NCBI RefSeq assembly: GCF_021869535.1
Contig: NW_026262672.1
Location: 3,906,001 to 3,970,000 of the forward strand
Reading direction: 5' to 3'
DNA: 64,000 nucleotides
Source of the DNA: Mytilus californianus
Lineage: Eukaryota
Part shown: positions 51,330-63,284 of the stretch, one piece after another
Position numbering within the stretch: the stretch's first letter is position 1
Layout of the letters: every line of letters starts with the position of its first letter
Program-made: the position numbers and the translations under genes
Notes under the pieces: generated by a model
What the model saw: only the letters and a program-made list of their open reading frames with translations
Told to the model about the DNA's origin: nothing
Database searches by the model: none

Positions 51330-52400
51330 AAATTCTGCCTCAGACAGGATCCTTATATCATCCTCGAGTAATGTTAGTGTATCCTCTCGAGCTCCAATAT
51401 GTATATCTGACCCAAATTGTACTGAATATTGCCTTCTGAATCTTTTATTAAGCATCCTGATCCGATAAAATTTGGCAAAACGGCATCATGCTTCCATGCT
51501 GCCAGTAAATACTGTATTTGGCAGATGATTAATTGAAGAAGTGCACTTTTTGGAGGCATCCATGAAACAAGTAGTCGGAACGGTTTATCTGGATATTCAA
51601 TGGAGAGCTGGCCGACTTTTGAAATTGAAATTTGGGAATATAATAATTTCCTCTAATACAACACGCAGTGGCAATGTTCCCTCCAATTCCTTTCGTAAAA
51701 CGATGTTTTAGTATTTCAATTATTGAAGTAATGTTAAAAACCTCGGATTTTGGTTATTGAAGCGTCACACATACATTATTTTTGAAATTTCCTGATGTTG
51801 TACGTGGCTAGTGAATTGAGAGAGCAAATAAATGAATAACGATACTATCAATATCTGCAGATGTGACAATACTAACTACAGATTCACCTTCCTTTAACTC
51901 ATCTTTGATATTACTCAGCTAATCTACTTGCGAAATTTCTACTTCACCTTTCATTTGTTTGCTTTCTTTTAAAAGTGTGGTATTTTGGTACCCCTCATTT
52001 GTAAAAGTTGCTCTTACTGGTGTAATGTACCTTTAATGGGGACATAAGCCTTTATCAGTTGACGTACAGTCACACTTACTCATAACCAATTCACTATCCA
52101 CATCCAATGTCAGATTGCGTTTTATTTGTAGCTTGCTGATGTTACGTGAAAGATAGTTACTAATCATCCCTTTACCCAAGTTCAGTGTTCAATACTGCTG
52201 ACTTTGATAATTTTTCAGATCACAATATTTTCATCTTTTTTTAAATAGGAAATTGAGAATGGCATAGACTTCCGTCGCTTTTGTCTTGTGGCTGCCTTGA
52301 AATCATCTGGAGTGAAGCTGTACTTTTCCTCACAGATAGCAATATGCTTCAAATTTTGGAACAGTTTGTTAACACAAAATAACTATTAATAACAACCTTA
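51330..52400 (-). pseudogene. Longer XPG/PIN-like nuclease-bearing transposon protein fragment (Academ-like, inferred)
   Basis: HIAICEEKYSFTPDDFKAATRQK...LTLDVDSEL..KCDC...KGEVEISQVD..SVVSIVTSADIDSIVIH...FNITSIIE..CCIRGN...WMPPKSALLQ; many stops. Confidence 0.55.
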
Positions 52401-52640
52401 TTGATGTTTTCCATGTATTCATCTCCCGTTGAGGCTCTAGGTTTGAATTTTATTAACTTAACTTTGACCACTTAACCATGAATATGAGGTCAAAGTCAGA
52501 TAACGCCTTCCTGATGGATAACCATTAGAATTCAGTTTTTAATGAAATCATTTACTAAGTTTGGGCCATCAACCCCAAACTTAATGATTAATCTCAGGTT
52601 TCTTTTTATGGTATGGAACCTTTTGTACAATTTTGAGAGA

Positions 52641-53063
52641 CCCCCAAGGGTGACTGGGGAATAGAAGTATGGTCACCATTGGTCTTCCTCCGACCGGCAG
52701 TAAAACCCGTGCTAAAGTGGGGCGTCCGTTTGGCTGTGCGGGATGTACAAATTTGCAGCCACGTCCGGTCAGAATGGGGACGTTAAATCCGATGCCTCGT
52801 GTAAAGAAAGTGCCACGTTCTTTGCACGTTAAGAACCCTTGCAACAACTCTTTGAGGGGTCCGTAGGTGACCTGTTGCAAGGCTAAATTTCTGTCCCTAT
52901 CCAACATACCCTCATTTCCCGTGGCAGTCTAAATTTCTCCGACCTTAATCCCTTAATCTTTTACAGAACCTACCTATTGTATTTATTGTGAACTTGTTCT
53001 CGTCCTGAATATGCATGAAATATTTGCCACTGGACGTTAAGCAACCAACAATCAATCAATCAA
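52641..53063 (+). mobile_element. SINE-A copy 13
   Basis: TSD CAATTTTGAGAGA at 52628-52640 and 53061-53073. Confidence 0.95.
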
Positions 53064-53227
53064 TTTTGAGAGATCCATAAACTTGAACGCAAGTTATTGT
53101 GTGGAACCTAGAACATTACTTATTTTTGGCCCTTAATTCCTAAACTGTTGGGACCATAACACCCAAAGTAAGTCCCAATCTTTTATTGTGGTACTGAACT
53201 TTGTGGTAAAATCTCATAGATATCCAT

Positions 53228-53275
53228 AGCCCAAAAGCGGTGCTTAAAAGTGGCGTTAAAACACCAAAAATCAAA
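53228..53275 (+). mobile_element. 48-bp 5'-truncated retroposon tail
   Basis: AGCCCAAAAGCGGTGCTTAAAAGTGGCGTTAAAACACCAAAAATCAAA between 14-bp TSDs TCATAGATATCCAT (53214-53227, 53276-53289). Confidence 0.85.
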
Positions 53276-54033
53276 TCATAGATATCCATTTATTTATACT
53301 ATAGTTGTTGTCCGCAAACCAAATATCTACGGGCATCGACAACGAGGAGATAGCAATATACGACTATACGAACGCAAACTTGTTATGGTTATATTCTTAG
53401 TTCACTATGTTCAAACGAACATAACATAGTTATGTGCTTAACTTGCTGTAATTTTCTTGTAAAACTCTATCCCTCATTTCTGTTCTAAACTGACTCATAT
53501 TGTATATATCTATCTAAATAAGACAAGACTATTTCTGATACTAACAGGCACGTAGACCATTTCTTTTTATTCAACATAATAAATAATCTGATCGATTGTG
53601 TATAAATGTCTTTTCTTCAAAAAATAATGTCCTTAAAATCGCCCAGGGACTGACACTGGCTACCACAAGGAACGTCAGATTTTTTGACATTTACATGGTT
53701 GATAATTTTCAAAATTAAAATCGTCTCGTTTGTCATAGATTCTAGTACTGAGATGACTGTGTATGTCAAATTCGATGTTTAAGTCTAAAAATGAGGCGGA
53801 GGAAGCCGTGTCTGTTGTTTCTTTAATTTCTAGTTCTGGGGGATATATTTATGGAACCCAATCAGAAAAAGTTCAGATTGCTAAAGGAAAGAACATCATC
53901 AATATATCTGAAAGTGAGATTAAATAACCTGGCTTTTTTTATCTTCTTGTTTTTGACAAGTGTCTGAAGGAACTCCGATTCATAAGAAAAGGTCGGCAAG
54001 GAGAGGCGCACAGTTCGTTCCCATAGGAATTAC

Positions 54034-55660
54034 ATGGTGTTCTTGGGATGCCACATACAAAACAACAAAATATGATTTGCCCCTTTTCTTTCTGTATGTT
54101 TTAACAAAACCTGGATATGCATTTATATGATGACTCTGTCTCAGTGTCCAAAGCACTCAGTAAACTTTCAGACATGAATCCAGGATTCGAGATGAATGGC
54201 ACCAAGACAGTTTTCCATAAGAAAAAGAAAAACACTACAGAAAAGGATATTAAAACAAATCAATAGAAACTGAAAATATAAGAGAGAAACACAAATTAAA
54301 AAAACCAACCAAAATTTCATTGTTTTAAGTAAAATATAAAGTAAATAAAAATGTGACCTAACCGTTCCATCCTGTTGTTTATTAAAAGAAAGATTTCACA
54401 GTTATGTTAATAAAAGAAGTCAAGATTTGGTGTACATTATTTGTTTTCATTTTTTCTTTAGTTAAACCGTTTTGGGGTGAAAATTAAAACCCAAAAATTT
54501 CTGTTACTTTAATTAAAACAACACTTTTTTTTTTTATAAAATGGACAATACAGTACATCAAGCTAGTAATATTCTAGGAAGATCTAACAGTTCAAAACTT
54601 TAGTCGATGGAAAACAAAAGCTAGTGTTGGGTTTTTATTGGCACTCAGTATATAAACTGGAGAAGCATGTACATGTACTATAAAGAGTTGTCACGATTTT
54701 GCAACAATCTTAGACATATACAACACTTTTCACGAAGCTCTTCTGTTTGAGCTATTGCTACATTTAACTCGGCTGACTGTTGTTCATCAAACAAAGGTGT
54801 TTCATCTTGGTATTCTGGGAAAAGACCAATATCTATTTCAAATGCCGCCAAGGCTTCAACTAATGTAGCTTCTAAGGAGATACCATCAAACACATTTGAT
54901 ATAGAACATGAATGTGAATGTAAATTATCTAAAACACCACTAATCCAAACCTCTTCTGGACTTCGACTTCCTCCACTTCTGACTTTATGTTTCTTGTGAG
55001 ATTTCATGAACTTTTTAAGATTACAGTTGATAATCGGTACAATCACAAATATTAAGGCAGTGAGATGAACATTTGACTCATATCAACAAGACCTTCATCC
55101 TCCATTGAATAAATAAAGTTGGTAAAAATATTCAATCTCTTGTTTATATATGTCTTTCCACAAACGTTCTATTCTCTGGTTGTGAACAGAACAATCAGCT
55201 ATGATGTTATTGGGTTTATCCACATTCATAAACAATCCAACCATCAAATTTTCACCACCCATATCTGATCGAACCATATTAGGGACCCCAAAGTGCAAGC
55301 ATGAAGGTACAAACTGTCTAAAAACGGTTGAGGCCCTATTATTTGTACTTGCCACTAAATATGTTATTAGTCTAGAATAACCATCAATTCCACCGAGTGT
55401 TGCTATTCCCATCTAAAAAAAGAGAAAAAGTTCAATTATAAATAAAAACATCAAGAATACATTGTATAGATTGTGGTTTGGGAGAGGCACAAAATGTTTC
55501 ATGCCTAACATCAAACTTAAAGTTGTGAATTTATTCATCAAAAATCGGGTTTCAAAATATTAAGCTTCCTTACTTGGCAGTAAATCTAGTCTAAATATAA
55601 GCGTGGGTATCAACTTAATTCTTAAAATTAACAACTAACCTGTTTAACTTCATATGTCTA
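54034..55660 (+). repeat. ~1.6-kb direct duplication, copy A (copy B 57306-58921)
   Basis: Collinear from ATGGTGTTCTTGGGATG to AACTTCATATGTCTA in both. Confidence 0.95.
54678..55660 (-). pseudogene. rve-like DDE transposase (IS3EU-like), copy A
   Basis: GGIDGYSRLITYL..NNRASTV..FGVPNMVRSDMGGEN..SVHNQRIERLWKD..; upstream exon cut off by SINE-A copy 14. Confidence 0.75.
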
Positions 55661-55664
55661 TCTA

Positions 55665-56085
55665 CCCCCAAGGGTGACTGGGGAATAGAAGTATGGTCAC
55701 CATTGGTCTTCCTCCGACCGGCAGTAAAACCCGTGCCAAAGTGGGGCGTCCGTTTGGCTGTGCGGGATGTACAAATTTGCAATCACGTCCGGTCAGAATG
55801 GGGACGTTAAATCCGATGCCTCGTGTAAAGAGAGTGCCACGCTCTTTACACGTTAAGAACCCTTGCAACAACTCTTTGAAGGGTCCGTAGGTGACCTGTT
55901 GCAAGGCTAAATTTCTGTCCCTATCCAATATACCCTCATTTCCCGTGGCAGTCTAAATTTCTCCGACCTCAATCCCTTAATCTATTACAGAACCTACCTA
56001 TTGTATTTATTGTGAACTTGTTCTCGTCCTGAATATGCATGAAATATTTGCCACTGGACGTTAAGCAACCAACAATCAATCAATC
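55665..56085 (+). mobile_element. SINE-A copy 14
   Basis: Full head to tail; at most a 5-bp ATCTA flank repeat; sits at the end of duplication copy A. Confidence 0.93.
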
Positions 56086-56406
56086 TATATTATGACAGTT
56101 TTTGCAAAAGGTATAGTTGCTCCTGAACCACTTTTTTGGCGTTTCATGGATTTGTTTTTTGACTGGGTACAAAGTTTTTTATATTTACGTGTACATCGAT
56201 TTCATCTGAATCTTTTTTTAAATGAGGTCAGTTGAACTCGTGTCTGCACTGTTTCTGGTCTCTAAAACTACTATTTTATACCTTGATTTGGTAAAAATTT
56301 TTAATAAAAAAAATGGGCGCATCCATGAATATGAAGTTAACATTTTTCATCAAATCCACAAGGTATAAATATAGCATCATTTTAGGATGATTATGTATGG
56401 CTGGTT

Positions 56407-57076
56407 AACATCCAGCGGCAAATTAATTAAGATATGAGATGGAGAGGCATGTTAAGATCTTTGTAAAAGACCTGTTTGGGAAAGAAAACTTACCAAAGTC
56501 AACTAGCAGGCATTTTAAGCCAAGTCGACAAGATTTAAGAAAGATCTCATTGTTATAGATATTTGTCAAAAACGTCATCACAGAAATGTTGCCGTTTCCT
56601 GCCTTAACGCATCACTTTAACAGTAGGTAAATAAACAATTACTTTGGACAGAGAATTTTTTGAAAAAAAAGAACATCCAGCGTCAAATTAATTAAGATAT
56701 GAGATGGAGAGGCATGTTAAGATCTTTGTAAAAGACCTGTTTGGGAAAGAAAACTTACCAAAGTCAACTAGCAGGCATTTTAACCCAAGTCGACAACATT
56801 TAAGAAAGATCTCATTGTTATAGATATTTGTCAAAAACGTCATCACAGAAATATTGCCGTTTCCTGCCTTAACGCATCACTTTAACAGTAGGTAAATAAA
56901 CAATTACTTTGGACAGAGAATCATTTGAAAAAAAGAACATCCAGCGTCAAATTAATTAAGATATGAGATGGAGAGGCATGTTAAGATCTTTGTAAAAGAC
57001 CTGTTTGGGAAAGACAACTTAAGAAAGTCAACTAGCAGGCATTTTAACCCAAGTCGACAAGATTTAAGAAAGATCT
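56407..57076 (+). repeat. Tandem array, ~2.5 x 265 bp
   Basis: AACATCCAGCG(G/T)CAAATTAATTAAG at 56407, 56672, 56936. Confidence 0.95.
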
Positions 57077-57490
57077 ACAGGGAGCGTGAACGACTGGTGA
57101 ATTGTCTTCTTAACTAAGAGAGATTGCAAACTTGGTCAAAGGGCAAAGTGTTTTTCTATGTTAAGTGCCAACAGTTAAAAAACTTGTGGTAGAATATGAG
57201 ACTAAATATTCTGAAATCATTATCACTGCAGGACAGCAATCTTTCCTCTTTGTTTATCAGACAGATTGGCAACAACACTTTCTTCAGGAATATGGCAATA
57301 TCAATATGGTGTTCTTGGGATGCAACATACAAAACAACAAAATATGCTTTGCCCCTTTTCTTTCTGTATGTTTTAACCAAACCTGGATATGCATTTATAT
57401 GAACCATGATCATGGAATCAGAAGACTCTTGTCTCGTGTTCAAAGCACTCAGTAAACTTTCAGAGATGAATCCAGGATTCGAGATGAATG
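56936..57490 (+). pseudogene. MULE transposase fragment (pre-core and core)
   Basis: EMERHVKIFVKDLFGK..LPKSTSRHFNPSRQDLRKI then FLFVYQTDWQQHFLQEYGN..DATYKTTKYALPLFFLYV; homologous to 35740-36085. Confidence 0.75.
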
Positions 57491-58921
57491 GCACCAAGAC
57501 AGTTTTCCATAAGAAAAAGAAAAACACTACAGAAAAGGATATTAAAAAAAATCAACAGAAACTGGAAATGTAAGAGAAAAACACAAATAAAAAAAAAAAC
57601 ACAAATTTCATTGTTTTAAGTAAAATATAAAGTAGATAAAAAAGTGACCCAACCCTTCCATCCTGTTGTTTATTAAAAGAAAGATTTCACAGTTGAGATA
57701 ATAATAGAAGTCAAGATTTGGTATATATTTTTTGTTTTCATTTTTTCTTTAGTTAAACCGTTTTGTGGTGAAAATTAAAAACCAAAAATTTCTGTTACTT
57801 AAAAAAAAATGCAGTACATCAAGCTAGTAATATTCTAGGAAGATTTTGCAGTACAAAACTTTAGTCGATGGAAAACAAAAGCAAGTGTTGGGTTTTTTAT
57901 TGGCACTCAATATATAAACTGAAGAAGCATGTACATGTACTATAAAGAGTTGTCACTATTTTGCAACAATCTTAGACATATACAATACTTTTCACGAAGC
58001 TCTTTTGTTTGAGCTATTCCTACATTCAACTCGGCTGACTGTTGGTATTCTGAGAAAAGACCAATATCTATTTGAAATGCTGCCAAGGCTTCAAATAATG
58101 TAGCTTCTAAGGAGATATCATCAAACAAATTTGATATTGAACATGAATGTGAATGTAAATTGTCTATAACACCACTATTCCAAACCTCTTCTGGACTTCG
58201 ACTTCCTTCAGTTCTGACTTTATGTTTGTTGTGAGCTTTCATGAACTTTTCAAGATTACAGTTGATAATCGGTACAAACACAAATATTAAGGCAGTGAGA
58301 TGCACATTTGACTCGATATCAACAAGACCTTCATCGTCCATTGAATAAAAAAGTTGGTAAAAATATTCAATCTCTTGTTTATATATGTCTTTCCACAAAC
58401 GTTCTATTCTCTGGTTGTGAACAGAACAATCAGCTATGATGTTATTGGGTTTATCTTTGTTGACCACATTCATAAACAATCCAACCATCAAATTTTCACA
58501 ACCCATATCTGATCGAACCATATTAGGGACCCCAAAGTGCAAGCATGAAGGTACAAACTGTCTAAAACGGTTGAGGCCCTGTTATTTGTTCTTGCCATCA
58601 AATATGTTATTAGTCTAGAATAACCATCAATTCCACCGTGTGTTGCTATTTCTCATCTAAAAAAGAGAAAAAAAATCAATCAATTATAAATAAAAACATT
58701 AATAATACATAGTATAGATTCTGGCTTGGGAGAGGCACAAAATGAGCACACCTCCCTGTTTTTAAAATGTTTCATGCCTACAGTTGTGAATTGATTCATC
58801 AAAAATCGGGATTCAAAATATTAAGCTTCCTTACTTGTGCAGTAAATCTAGTCTAAATATAACCGTGGGTATCAACTTAATTTTTAAAATGAACAACTAA
58901 CCTGTTTAACTTCATATGTCT
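57306..58921 (+). repeat. ~1.6-kb direct duplication, copy B
   Basis: See copy A. Confidence 0.95.
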
Positions 58922-59090
58922 AACAATATGCCAAAGGCTATTAGGTGTAGGCAATGAGTATGTTCGACGTTTTGCAGTTTTACCGCAGCGTTTCTCACAT
59001 GATGCAGGGTCATTACGTCGTAGGGAACTGCGAACTCTACTTCGCTGATATTGTTTGCTTCAAGATAACCTGCCATCATCTTCAAAAACT
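57940..59090 (-). pseudogene. rve-like DDE transposase (IS3EU-like), copy B, two exons
   Basis: QRSRVRSSLRRNDP...KRRTYSLPTPNSLWHIVRHMKLNR, GT donor ~58900, AG acceptor ~58658, *EIATHGGIDGYSR...VRSDMGCEN..SVHNQRIERLWKD..SPEEVW. Confidence 0.8.
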
Positions 59091-59195
59091 ATCAAATAGA
59101 AACTAGATGCATACATGAAATTTTGAATGATATACACATACAAGAACGTACAGCAAGAGTAAAGTAAAAAAAATTGGAACAGATTAGCTGTATAA

Positions 59196-59590
59196 GTTGG
59201 TTGCTTAACGTCCAGTGGCAAATATTTCATGCATGTTCAGGACGAGAACAAGTTAATAATAAATAAAATAGGTAGGTCTTGTAATAATAGAGGCCATCCG
59301 GGATGATGGTCGGGGAAAATTTGGACTGCCACTGGAAAATGAGGGTATATTAGATAGGGACAGACATTTTGCCTTGCAAACAGGCCACCTACGGACCCCT
59401 CAAAGAGTTGTTGCAAGGATTCTTAACGTGCAAAGAGCGTGTCACTCTCTTTACACGAGGCATCGGATTTAACGTATCCATTATGACCGGACGTGGCTGC
59501 AAACTTGATAAATCCCGCACAGCCAAACGGACGCCCCACTTTGGCAAGCGTTTTATTGCCGGTCGGAAGAAGACCAAGTGAACCTTGGGG
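59196..59590 (-). mobile_element. SINE-A copy 15 (old variant, short head, tail lost)
   Basis: Head CCCCAAGGTTCACTTGGTCTTCTTCCGACCGGCAATAAAACGCTTGCCAAAGTGGGG; body homologous to the other copies. Confidence 0.9.
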
Positions 59591-62009
59591 TCAGAATTTT
59601 AATAAACATTGTTTCAAGGCTATCTACGACAGTGCAGTTCTTGCAACAAAATGTGACATTAACTGGCAAAGTCAATACTTTCTCAGAGGACAGTAGTAGC
59701 TTGTGAAGAAACAACGACCACCATCGCAAACATGTGGATTCCAAATGTGAATTGTGACTTTTTGTCCTGTGACTTTCTGTGCTATATTCACTACTAGGCA
59801 GGAAACGTCGAAATTTTACTTGGAGTACTAACGACGACAAAATAATTTACTGGAGTACCAACAACGACAAAATAATTTCTATTTACCTGTGTGGCATTGC
59901 ATACCACAAAAACAAAGGAAGAATTGATCTACGCACCTTTATATATGCAGCTCTCTCATCTTATCATATACAGTGCTAGCTTCATATAACGTTGAAGATA
60001 ACGAACTGTTGAAACCTTGCTATTATACGCTTAGTAAATCAGGAAAATACAAATTATTCAAGTTAAATATCGACGGTTGCTGTCTAGTAGTGATGAGTGT
60101 TTGAAAGACGGGCATTGGCTAGAAACTTGAGCGATTTATAAATAAAACATTTCACTTCCACTGCATTACTTCCATGTAAGTCGCATGTTGTTATTCTATC
60201 TGCGCTGACATCAACAAATGAATAAATTAAGTCAATCAGAACTGCTTTCAGTACACAAAATTTCTGATAGTCAGTACGCATAACCTGTTAAAATTCTTTG
60301 AGGTCACTCTCCTGATGTTCACGTCCCCAAATAACTGCTGATACATGCTAAAGTTTTGATGATGGGTCACAAATTTTCTTCAACCGCGATTTTGAATGGT
60401 TTCTAAGTGGTGTGTAGTGCACTGTGCCCTCTTGATGAAGTTATACGACAGACAAGTTGGCGATACCAAGTCGTAGAGCTGCTCCGGGTTATGCAGTCAT
60501 AAATAAACCTCGACACTTCTTGTGATAATTAGCAATACCATTGCATTTAATATATAATTCATATAATGTACGATTAGTATTATTAGGATGATACAAATTA
60601 TTGAGTGTTGCTGGAATTTTTGGGATATTAGCTGTTGGTGTTGTCCAATGAAAGTCAGCACTTATGAACCTTGTAATTTGTTTGAAGGAGGATTTATATG
60701 TAAAGATTAAAGAGGGTCAGTTTCTATTTTTACGTCGTTGTACGACTGGGAAAAATCTTCCTCCGGCTCCGTTACGACATGCTTGGTCATAGTGTTTGGC
60801 GATCCCGAAATCTCATACAACTTATGACCACATTTTTGTAACATTGAATAATGTAATGCCTAGCAAAATTTGCGTTAGGCTTTTCATGGTTAATAAGTTT
60901 TGATTTTTCTCCGCACTGTTCTTCAGCTCTGCCAATCTGCAATGGTACGGCCATGTTTTTTGCTTTCAAGTGCATCAGACGATTTGTACATGCATACCAA
61001 AAATAACAAAATAAGAATTAAGTCTCCGTCAATTTCTTATTTCAACAATATTTTTACAAATTAATTTCATTTTTTTTGTTATCAAATAGAAACTAGGTCG
61101 TATATAGATGGGTGGAACAATTAATTTGGTGTATTAATGCGTTTGCGTTAAAGGTAGATATACTGTGATTTAACTGGGTGACGATAATAGGTCGTCATTT
61201 TAGAAGAAGTAATTTATTATCTTTCAGGATGATTGACATAATTCACTTTAATCGTACTTTCGTGTTAATTTGAGCTGTTGATACAATTTGTATTGCATTT
61301 TTGTTAATTACTGTTTACTTATTTACATATCTTGTGTCACCATTTCCTACATTGTCCACTTTTGATAACTGTTTGGTATGACGATAAATTTCCACTTCCG
61401 TTATCGTACTATGAACAACAAAATTATTCCTCCACAGAGTCCAGTTTATTGTATTCATTATTGTATTGTAAGAATCTGATGAATTGCGAAATACCCTTAT
61501 TAAAAACCTGTCATAGTTGAACTCCGGGCAATTGCATCATTTAACTGTGACAAAAAAAAACTCTATTGATACCGAATAAATAAATCGGTCCACTTATACT
61601 ACTGAAAAATAAACGGTTGACCTCGCACTTTCTCATACAAAAAGGCTTTATTTTTTGTCTTTCATTGACCTGATATTGGATATAGTTTCTTCTAATGATT
61701 TTTTTGTTATTGATTTTATTGAGTTTCGACTTGAAAAAATATAGTCCACAGTAGTTCGATGTACCGTGGGATTGAAACATACCAAACGGAGACATGTGGG
61801 CTTTTATTTCCATCTGTTTTGATTATTTGCCTATCGATAAAGACTAGAATTTGCATAACGAAGGTTATACTAGTACTAAAAAGCATCAAATTCCTCGGAT
61901 GACATGGAGGACTCAGAAGAGATGATTGCGGATGCAAGATCATATATGAGTTTCATTTGCGGAATTTCTATCCGAACGTCTTCTTGCAGTGTCATCAGAT
62001 CCTGTAAGT

Positions 62010-62180
62010 GGTTTTCAAAACTTTTAGGAATTTCTGGTCCTCAATGCTCTTCAACTTCGTAATTTATTTGGCCTTTTAAACTTTTTTTATTCGAACGTCA
62101 CTGACGAGTCTTTTTTAGACGAAACGCGCGTCTGGCGTAAATACAAAATTTTAATCCTGGTATCTATGATGAGTTTATAA
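62010..62180 (+). mobile_element. Retrozyme/Penelope-like monomer fragment
   Basis: Surrounds the hammerhead below; flanks resemble a high-copy mussel retrozyme-type repeat (recall). Confidence 0.6.
62096..62137 (+). ncRNA. Minimal type I hammerhead ribozyme
   Basis: Stem I CGUCA/UGGCG, core CUGACGA, stem II GUC-UUUUUUA-GAC, GAAA, palindromic stem III C-GCGC-G, cleavage triplet GUC (62130-62132). Confidence 0.88.
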
Positions 62181-62399
62181 TCACGAGGCTGCATTTCAAA
62201 TAACGATTTCGTACTTGATTTTGCAGCGCTTGGTTTCGAGGCAATAGGGAAAATTTTCTGCGCAACGTATACTTTTTGAATAGGTGAAGAGTTGATTACC
62301 GTTTGTTAAAGTGTAGCGTCATGTTTGCTCTCTTGTGGATCTGCTGTTATATTTATTCCCTTGTTCCCTGTATCACTGTTCTACTTGTCCCAAATTGTT

Positions 62400-62680
62400 A
62401 AAAATAAGATTACCATGGAACTCTTCGTCTAAAATTCGCTTCAGTTCTTGTTCAGTTTGTTGTTACGTAGATGATATTTTAGCCGAAAAAGAAATAAATG
62501 ACGCAGAGCTGACATATTAGTAAGGAAATATACGTCTCTCCTGGATGCACTGAACAACTGCTAAACAGCTTGTGTGTCAATAACTCCAGCAACCTCTTTA
62601 AGTAGGAATGCTTTCCTTAAGATTTCTTCTCTTTGCTTACAATTTCCCTCATGAAACAAATCAAAAAGGGCAACGTTGTC
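62400..62680 (-). pseudogene. Possible KDZ/HMGXB3-like transposase C-terminal fragment
   Basis: EVAGVIDTQAV*QLFSASRRDVYFLTNMSALRHLFLFRL resembles the NSQ-AEQLFS...Y-L--M-P--H-F motif; inference. Confidence 0.35.
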
Positions 62681-63284
62681 ATGTTGCCCAATAAGGCACA
62701 TTTATTTAGATGATGAATATTTGTCTTTTTCTAATAAATCTAGAAATACTACCATGATAACATAAATGAGGGGTCACCATAAAAAAGAATGCACAAGTTT
62801 TGTATTAAAATATCATATTCAATTGTTTTTGAAATAAAAAATATAATAAATACATGTATATATAACTTTCTTTATCTAATCCCATTCTCTTGTCGACCAG
62901 TGTCTAGTCTATTAACCCTAATGGGTTTGATAAGCATGTCACTTTTGTCGGCACTATATCTGTTGGTCTGCCTTTATTTTTCAATTCCTGAGGTCTTCCT
63001 TACATCACCAAAAGGGTTGGCAAGGTCTGCTGCCACAGCCTTTGTGCCTAAGCAAACATATGCACCTGTCTTGCGGTTTCTTCCAAACGGCTAAGTATGG
63101 CGTGTGTTGGCCTTCCTATTAATATTCCACGAAGCAAAATGTAAGATTGTAAACAAGAATATAAAGTGTCCCTAGTACATGGATACCCCACTAGCACTTT
63201 CATTTTGCATGAATAGTGCAAGGACTTGGCTCCACTACTATCATAGATTAGGTATGATAACAAAATAGATATAAGAAGATGTGG

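Noticed and set aside
50378-56330. Inverted 14-bp match ATGGATGCGCCCAT / ATGGGCGCATCCAT as possible TIRs of a 6-kb element
   Set aside because: Too short, no TSD, and the enclosed sequence is a mix of unrelated families.
60380-60520. Possible solo LTR or small RNA
   Set aside because: No paired TG..CA ends with TSD and no recognisable RNA motif.
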